Assembly (NCBI RefSeq): GCF_001644605.1
Contig: NZ_CP011388.1
Coordinates: forward strand, 326,440-390,439
Origin: Paenibacillus swuensis
GTDB taxonomy: Bacteria; Bacillota; Bacilli; Paenibacillales; DY6
Length of the DNA: 64,000 nucleotides
Reading direction: 5' to 3'
Position numbers and translations under genes: made by a program. Below, one piece after another: positions 59,076 to 64,000 of this stretch. The notes under the pieces were generated by a model, which did not search any database, was not told the DNA's origin, and saw nothing but the letters and a program-made list of their open reading frames with translations. The number at the start of each line of letters is the position of its first letter. The stretch's first letter is position 1.

Positions 59076-59441
59076 TTATTTAAATCCAATATACTTCTTC
59101 CCGCACATGGAACAGTAGTAGGCTTCCTGTGAGATTACGGTGCCGCATACGCACACTTTCTCCCGCTTCAGGTTCATGATTTGTTGCTCCAGCGCCTCGA
59201 TATCTTTCTGCAAATGGACGATGACTTTACAGTGCTCGGTAATGGTAGTCCTGGACGTGACCGGATACGGCTCTCCCGCTTGGAACGAGAGAAACACCGC
59301 CTGCCCGATAAGCATCTGGTACCGCTCCACTTCCCTTTCCTTGGATGCGACCTGTGATTTATATTTGGTGATTTCCACTTTATTCTGGGCGAGCTTGGCT
59401 GCGTCGGTAGCGCCTTGTTTCACTTTTTGGATGATATTCAT
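59076..59441 (-). CDS. Zinc-ribbon domain protein, paralogue of the 58461-58955 gene
   Basis: Same N-terminal pattern (M..KVKQGATDAAKLAQ…SKEREVER…IGQAVF) and 'CVCGTVISQEAYYCSMCGKKY'. Confidence 0.55.
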   Translation of the reverse strand: MNIIQKVKQGATDAAKLAQNKVEITKYKSQVASKEREVERYQMLIGQAVFLSFQAGEPYPVTSRTTITEHCKVIVHLQKDIEALEQQIMNLKREKVCVCGTVISQEAYYCSMCGKKYIGFK

Positions 59442-59526
59442 GGGTCATGCGCTCCTTTCTTGGAGGTCCTATACTTCATCTTATGCGGCGCGCGCGGCAT
59501 TCATCCCATGAACTCGTTGTCCCTAT

Positions 59527-59554
59527 TGCAAAAGAACCCCTAAGAACTCGGTTC
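59527..59554 (-). terminator. Putative terminator downstream of the GH31-like gene
   Basis: Minus-strand hairpin GAACCGAGTTCTTAGGGGTTC followed by TTTTG, directly after the stop at 59554. Confidence 0.35.
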
Positions 59555-61086
59555 TAGCGATCCCTCCGATACCAAGGCAGCCTGTGGATCGGGGCCGAAA
59601 CCATCTTCCTGCAAGGTCCCGTCTCCACACGGCCGTCCTCTCCCGTCCAACGTCCCTCGGGAAACCGGATTTCCCGCTCCACACCGCCTTTAATCAGCAC
59701 CGGCGCCACCAGAATGTCCTCCCCCAGCATAAACTGGTCCTTCACCTCATCATAACCCGCATCCGGGAACATGTAGCTCATATGCCGAATGACAGGCTCG
59801 CCTGTTACGGCCGCATGTTCTGCCCACTTCATGATTTCCCCGTCCATCCGCTCATGCAACCGGGCCGCTTCAAGCACATAAGATTGATGTTCATCGTCCA
59901 AAATACGCCAAGGCGCCGCAGAAAACTGCATCATCGGAAACAGCGCCGAGCATTGAGCATAGCGGACGATTAATTCCTGATCGAGCGAATCCGAATTCTC
60001 GAGAAAATTCAGATATTCCCCGCCGCCGATCATATCCGGACAACTGAACGCATACCCCAGCAGCCCTTGGGCCAAACCATCCGATATCAGATGCGCGAGC
60101 CCGTTCCTTCCCCACTGGTGATGCTTATCCTTCAGCCGCTGAGCGAGCGGTTGTCCCGCCAGCTTCCAGCATGCGCGGTACTCGTTCAAGGGATAATGCA
60201 AACCCACTTTGGCCCAAGCTTCGCATTGATCGTTCCGCGTACCGGGAATCGCGCTCTTATCCGCGGGTTCATAGGAGTCGAGATCGCCCGCATCCAGCTT
60301 GAATCCATCCACCCCGTACGTTTGCATAAGCTCATCCAGTTGTCCCCTCAACCACTCCGACGTTTCCTTATTCGTGCAATCCAGCACCGCGCTGTAACCG
60401 TTCCACCACTTTCGAATGGCGGTATCCCCATGGGCATCCTTCAAGAGATAACCTTTGCGCTCCAGCTGACGAAAAGTCATCGAATCCGGACTGACTAGCG
60501 GGCACACCCATAACATAATTTTAAATCCCATCTCATGCAGCTCGTCACACATCGCTTTAGGATCCGGAAACCGGCCGGAATGAAATTTCCAGGTGCCGTA
60601 AGGCTCATGCCAGTTATCGTCAATCATAATGACGCCGGGCGGGTACCCGTGCCGCAGCACGTTGCGCGCATAGTCGAGCACCTTCGCCTGCGTCGGTTCA
60701 TACAGAAGCTCAATCCACAGATTATATTGCGGAGCCGTGAACAGAATTTCATCAGGAAACGTGCCGGATGGCGGAAAATACGTCTTCGAAGCATATCGAA
60801 AACCTTCCCGCAAATCGCCAAGCTCCTCTGTGCATCGCACATCACCGCTGCCCGTTAAGGTTATAACCCCTTGTTCCATCTCATAGGCAAAAGGTTCCTC
60901 CGACCATATCACCCGCCCCCGGTTAGAGAGCAGCAGCGGACTACCCTGATTGCCGTCGAGTTGAACGGAAAGATCCGCGTGTACAACACTATCTTTAGAA
61001 TAAGGCATGTCGATTCCGTCTGCCGCTTTACCGCCCCACCAATATTCGCCTGGCAGGAGTGGAATTACTAGTGTTCTGTTGGACAT
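59554..61086 (-). CDS. TIM-barrel glycoside hydrolase, GH31-like (alpha-glucosidase/alpha-xylosidase-type)
   Basis: ORF 59554..61185. Preferred start ATG 61086 (MSNRTLVIPLLPGEYWWGG…) with GGAGGT 8 nt upstream. '…MIDDNWHEPYGTW…GVDGFKLDAGD…'. Family assignment is tentative. Confidence 0.6.
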   Translation of the reverse strand: MSNRTLVIPLLPGEYWWGGKAADGIDMPYSKDSVVHADLSVQLDGNQGSPLLLSNRGRVIWSEEPFAYEMEQGVITLTGSGDVRCTEELGDLREGFRYASKTYFPPSGTFPDEILFTAPQYNLWIELLYEPTQAKVLDYARNVLRHGYPPGVIMIDDNWHEPYGTWKFHSGRFPDPKAMCDELHEMGFKIMLWVCPLVSPDSMTFRQLERKGYLLKDAHGDTAIRKWWNGYSAVLDCTNKETSEWLRGQLDELMQTYGVDGFKLDAGDLDSYEPADKSAIPGTRNDQCEAWAKVGLHYPLNEYRACWKLAGQPLAQRLKDKHHQWGRNGLAHLISDGLAQGLLGYAFSCPDMIGGGEYLNFLENSDSLDQELIVRYAQCSALFPMMQFSAAPWRILDDEHQSYVLEAARLHERMDGEIMKWAEHAAVTGEPVIRHMSYMFPDAGYDEVKDQFMLGEDILVAPVLIKGGVEREIRFPEGRWTGEDGRVETGPCRKMVSAPIHRLPWYRRDR

Positions 61087-61255
61087 CTGTGTACCTCCGA
61101 TTATTAAAAGTTCTATCATCAGGGTACCATCAGGAATGGGTGCCGCCAATCTTAACATATTGCTATGGTATAACAATATTGACAATCATTGATATTACAT
61201 GTTGTTATTAAATCATTCGCAGATTCAACTCTCATATAACAATCTTGCTGATTCC

Positions 61256-62155
61256 ATGGAGGGCTGCATGTTGGTTAAGGACTATCAATCATTTTCTTTT
61301 AGGACAGAAGATAGCCCGTTTATGACGTTAGATTCCATAGGCTGGAGTTCGGTTGACGGGGTAGAGTACAGCTTCGACGGCAGGTTGCGGCCGGATCAGG
61401 GTCATGTTATTTTTCAATACACGTTATCGGGGGAAGGCCGAATTGAAATAGGGGAGCAGGTATACCGGTTACCGAAGGGCACCGCGTTCTTTGTGCAAGT
61501 TCCCGGCGAGCATCGTTACTATTATGAACAAACGTCTGAACCCTGGGAATTTCTATGGTTGAATGTGAAAGGTGCGGACGCGCAGATGTTCTGGGATCGG
61601 ATTCAACAACGTTACCAAGGCGAACTTGTCGAACTGCACCCGCAATCGCAGCCGATTCAAGCCTTGTGGGACATGTACCGGAGAATTCAGAATGAGCAAG
61701 CGCGGGATAAACATAATCTATCCGTTATGGTTTACAATTGGATCCTCCTGTTTCTGGGAACCCATGCCGAAGATCACCCTTATCATGCACCAGTACAAGA
61801 CAGTAACTTGAGGATAATTGAACAAGCGCAGCAGTACATGAAAAATCATTTATCGGAATCTGTAAGCTTGGACGACATTGCAGAGCATTGCGGTACGAAT
61901 AAGTATCAGCTGTGCAGAATATTTCAAAAAACCGTACAGGTCACCCCCCTCGACTATATGACCAAACGTAGAATTGAAGCGGCCGCTTATGCGCTGCGGA
62001 ATACAAATAAACCCGTTTCTCAGATTTCCGAAGAGAACGGGTTTGGCAGTGTAAGCTATTTCGGGAAGAGGTTCCGGGAACAGGTGGGTCTGTCGCCGAC
62101 GGGTTACCGGGAACAGTCCATTCCGTATCCAACTTCCCGATTGTATGTAGACTAG
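61256..62155 (+). CDS. AraC-family transcriptional regulator
   Basis: ORF 61199..62155. ATG 61256 or 61268 (GGAGGG precedes the latter). Cupin-like N-terminus. AraC HTH '…LDDIAEHCGTNKYQLCRIFQKTVQVTPLDYMTKRRIEAAAYAL…'. Confidence 0.75.
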   Translation: MEGCMLVKDYQSFSFRTEDSPFMTLDSIGWSSVDGVEYSFDGRLRPDQGHVIFQYTLSGEGRIEIGEQVYRLPKGTAFFVQVPGEHRYYYEQTSEPWEFLWLNVKGADAQMFWDRIQQRYQGELVELHPQSQPIQALWDMYRRIQNEQARDKHNLSVMVYNWILLFLGTHAEDHPYHAPVQDSNLRIIEQAQQYMKNHLSESVSLDDIAEHCGTNKYQLCRIFQKTVQVTPLDYMTKRRIEAAAYALRNTNKPVSQISEENGFGSVSYFGKRFREQVGLSPTGYREQSIPYPTSRLYVD

Positions 62156-62167
62156 GCTGAGCCAAGT

Positions 62168-62881
62168 CTATTGCTGTTTGTCTTCAGGCTTGGCTTGCTG
62201 ATCTGCGTTGCTAGGCGCTATAGGCTTGGCTTGAGTCTGCGGCCCATCATACGATACAGGTTTGTCGTGCGTCTCATGCTCGTTGTGCGATACTGGCTTG
62301 ATATATGTTTCATGCTCGTCAGGAGAAACAGTCTTGATGTTCGTCTCCGGTTTGTCTGGCGATACCGGATTGATACGTGCCTCAGGCTCGTCATGCGATA
62401 CTTTATCAAGCGAATCATGCTTGTCACGCGCTTCTTCCTTCGACCCGCCGAACCGTTTCTTTAACCGGCCCCATAGGCCGCCGCCCAGGAACTCGTTGGC
62501 GTTCTTGAGAATCTTCTGAATCAGCTCCAGCACATCGTCATCGCCCGCCCAATGCTTACGAACTAAGTCCGCATTCGTGTTGTTCACGACGCCGCTAATC
62601 GCGAAAGCCGCAAGCGATAAATCATCCGCGAATCCGGCGGGTCCTGTGAGCAGTTCCGGCAGCATGTCCACCGGGGCTACGAAGTAAGCGATGACTCCGG
62701 CCAGCTTGGCTTTCTCCGCTGCGGGGACCTCCGGGTCCAGCGCGAGCCTGCACAGCAGATGAAACAGGTCCGGCGCGAACAACACATACTCCGCGACCTT
62801 ATTGGTCTTTCCCTCGTCCGTGGCGAGCCAGTCCTTGATTTTGATACGGAAATTTTGATAGAAATCATGATTCATGCCCAT
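62168..62881 (-). CDS. DUF1232/YkvA-family protein with C-terminal tandem 12-aa repeats
   Basis: '…YVLFAPDLFHLLCRLALDPEVP…GVIAYFVAPVDMLPE…GFADDLSLAAFAI'. C-terminus has five repeats: VSHDEPEARINP / VSPDKPETNIKT / VSPDEHETYIKP / VSHNEHETHDKP / VSYDGPQTQAKP. Confidence 0.6.
   Translation of the reverse strand: MGMNHDFYQNFRIKIKDWLATDEGKTNKVAEYVLFAPDLFHLLCRLALDPEVPAAEKAKLAGVIAYFVAPVDMLPELLTGPAGFADDLSLAAFAISGVVNNTNADLVRKHWAGDDDVLELIQKILKNANEFLGGGLWGRLKKRFGGSKEEARDKHDSLDKVSHDEPEARINPVSPDKPETNIKTVSPDEHETYIKPVSHNEHETHDKPVSYDGPQTQAKPIAPSNADQQAKPEDKQQ
62228..62410. repeat. Five tandem ~36-bp degenerate repeats inside the DUF1232 gene
   Basis: Visible in DNA (…gataccggattgatacgtgcctcaggctcgtcatgc… units) and in the translated 12-aa repeats. 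Confidence 0.6.
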
Positions 62882-62998
62882 ACGTGGATCCCTCCCGAAA
62901 GTCGATATACATAGTATTACACCGCTTCTTGGGCTCCAAACCTTGGATTAAGATGATGGGACGTGTTCTGCCGGCGTTCTGTACCTATTCTGACCGTA

Positions 62999-63976
62999 TC
63001 AGGAAATTGTAGTTTCGGTCTTGCTATACAGGGACTTCCAGCGATCCAACTGCTCCAGCAGCGCCACCCGGTACGATACCGGTTCCAGAATTTCCGCCGA
63101 CGGACCATATTGATACACCCAATTCAGGAATTCCCGATCGTCATTCACCGTCACCTCGAACAGCAACCCGCCGTCTGGCAGATCCGTAATCCGCGGCCGC
63201 ACGAACAATTCCTCCTCTTTAATGTAACGCGCCACATCCGGGTAGAATTTCACCTTGAACTTGATCTGCTTGTCGCCCCGCTCAATGGACCAGGTGTTCT
63301 TCAGATAGGATTTGATGTTAAAATCTTCTCTCTCATACGTCTGCGGCATGATTGTAACCTCCCGAAACCGCGAAATCCGGAACGTCCGTACGGCGCCGGC
63401 GGTGTGGCAATAGCCTAGCAAGTAGAATCTTTGGTCCCGCGGAACCAGATAATACGGGTCGATGATTCGCTCCGTCTGGGTGTTACGGCTCTGGGTATGG
63501 TAGATGGCTTTGATGGATTTATGCTCAAGGGACGCTTGCAGGATCGTATACAGATAGTTGGGGCTGTCCTCCCTGTAGGCGGGTGTACCCATCTGGATGA
63601 CTTCGGTAATCTGTTCTAGAATCTCCTTGTGATTGGACCGCTGTTTATTATATGTGGCCATGACTTTCTCATAGGCGGAGTCGAACCCCGGCGGCAAGAG
63701 CGTCTGCACCTGGTCCATCACCTTTGGCAACATCGAGAACACCAGCGCCTCCTGCTCCGTCCAATTGAGGGGATAGATGGCGAAGTTGCCCATGAACGTG
63801 TACCCTTTGCCGTACCCTTCATTCGTCAGGGGTGTAACGATGGCGAGTAAGTTCAGATCGCGGTAAATGGTTCTTTCGGTGGCCTCGCATTTCTCGGCCA
63901 GTTCTTTGGCGGTGATGCCGGGCTTGCTTTGTATCGCGATAATCATGCGGATGAGGCGGATCAATCTCTCTGTCAT
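62999..63976 (-). CDS. WYL-domain transcriptional regulator (HTH-WYL-WCX)
   Basis: HTH 'ITAKELAEKCEATERTIYRDLNLL'. WYL 'RIIDPYYLVPRDQRFYLLGYCHTAGAVRTFRISRF'. WCX-like C-terminus. Confidence 0.75.
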   Translation of the reverse strand: MTERLIRLIRMIIAIQSKPGITAKELAEKCEATERTIYRDLNLLAIVTPLTNEGYGKGYTFMGNFAIYPLNWTEQEALVFSMLPKVMDQVQTLLPPGFDSAYEKVMATYNKQRSNHKEILEQITEVIQMGTPAYREDSPNYLYTILQASLEHKSIKAIYHTQSRNTQTERIIDPYYLVPRDQRFYLLGYCHTAGAVRTFRISRFREVTIMPQTYEREDFNIKSYLKNTWSIERGDKQIKFKVKFYPDVARYIKEEELFVRPRITDLPDGGLLFEVTVNDDREFLNWVYQYGPSAEILEPVSYRVALLEQLDRWKSLYSKTETTIS

Positions 63977-64000
63977 TTCTTTCGCTCCCAGTTGTTGGTT

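Noticed and set aside
1-64000. CRISPR arrays, rRNA genes, group II introns, retron msr/msd, IS elements
   Set aside because: I saw no regularly spaced direct repeats, no rRNA-like conserved blocks, no RT/integrase/transposase-like ORFs and no intron domain V-like sequence.

Overview
The window reads as a Paenibacillus-like (Bacillota) chromosome segment with three parts, judged by eye from sequence and ORF translations only (no database searches were possible).

(1) 1 to ~32.5 kb is a GC-rich carbohydrate-utilisation region. It holds two YesM/YesN-type two-component systems, a sugar ABC transporter (solute-binding protein plus two permeases), a 2272-aa secreted multidomain enzyme, and a minus-strand gene set of GH125, a clan GH-A hydrolase and two GH38 alpha-mannosidases (alpha-mannoside/N-glycan breakdown). 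A YkfC-like NlpC/P60 endopeptidase and an SPFH protein follow.

(2) ~35.2 to 50.7 kb is a visibly AT-rich ~15.4-kb island inserted beside a tandem pair of WYL-domain regulators. It carries two defence operons, both on the minus strand.
(a) vsr, dcm, a DEAD-Z1 ATPase and an NgoFVII-family PLD nuclease, i.e. a CglI/NgoAVII-like ATP-dependent R-M system.
(b) A 7-gene operon: MazG-like pyrophosphohydrolase, PLD/SF2-helicase fusion, MORC/MutL-like GHKL ATPase, a second DEAD-Z1 ATPase, a PD-(D/E)xK nuclease, an AIPR protein and a 77-aa protein. It resembles an expanded 'MutL-Z1-AIPR' (Mza-like) system, and I know of no described system with this exact composition.

(3) ~50.7 to 64 kb returns to GC-rich core genes: VWA protein, KapD-like exonuclease, PhyH dioxygenase, AraC and TetR regulators, CocE/NonD hydrolase, CorA, tandem zinc-ribbon paralogues, a GH31-like hydrolase, a DUF1232 protein with C-terminal tandem repeats, and another WYL regulator.

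No rRNA, confident tRNA, CRISPR array, integrase or transposase was seen.
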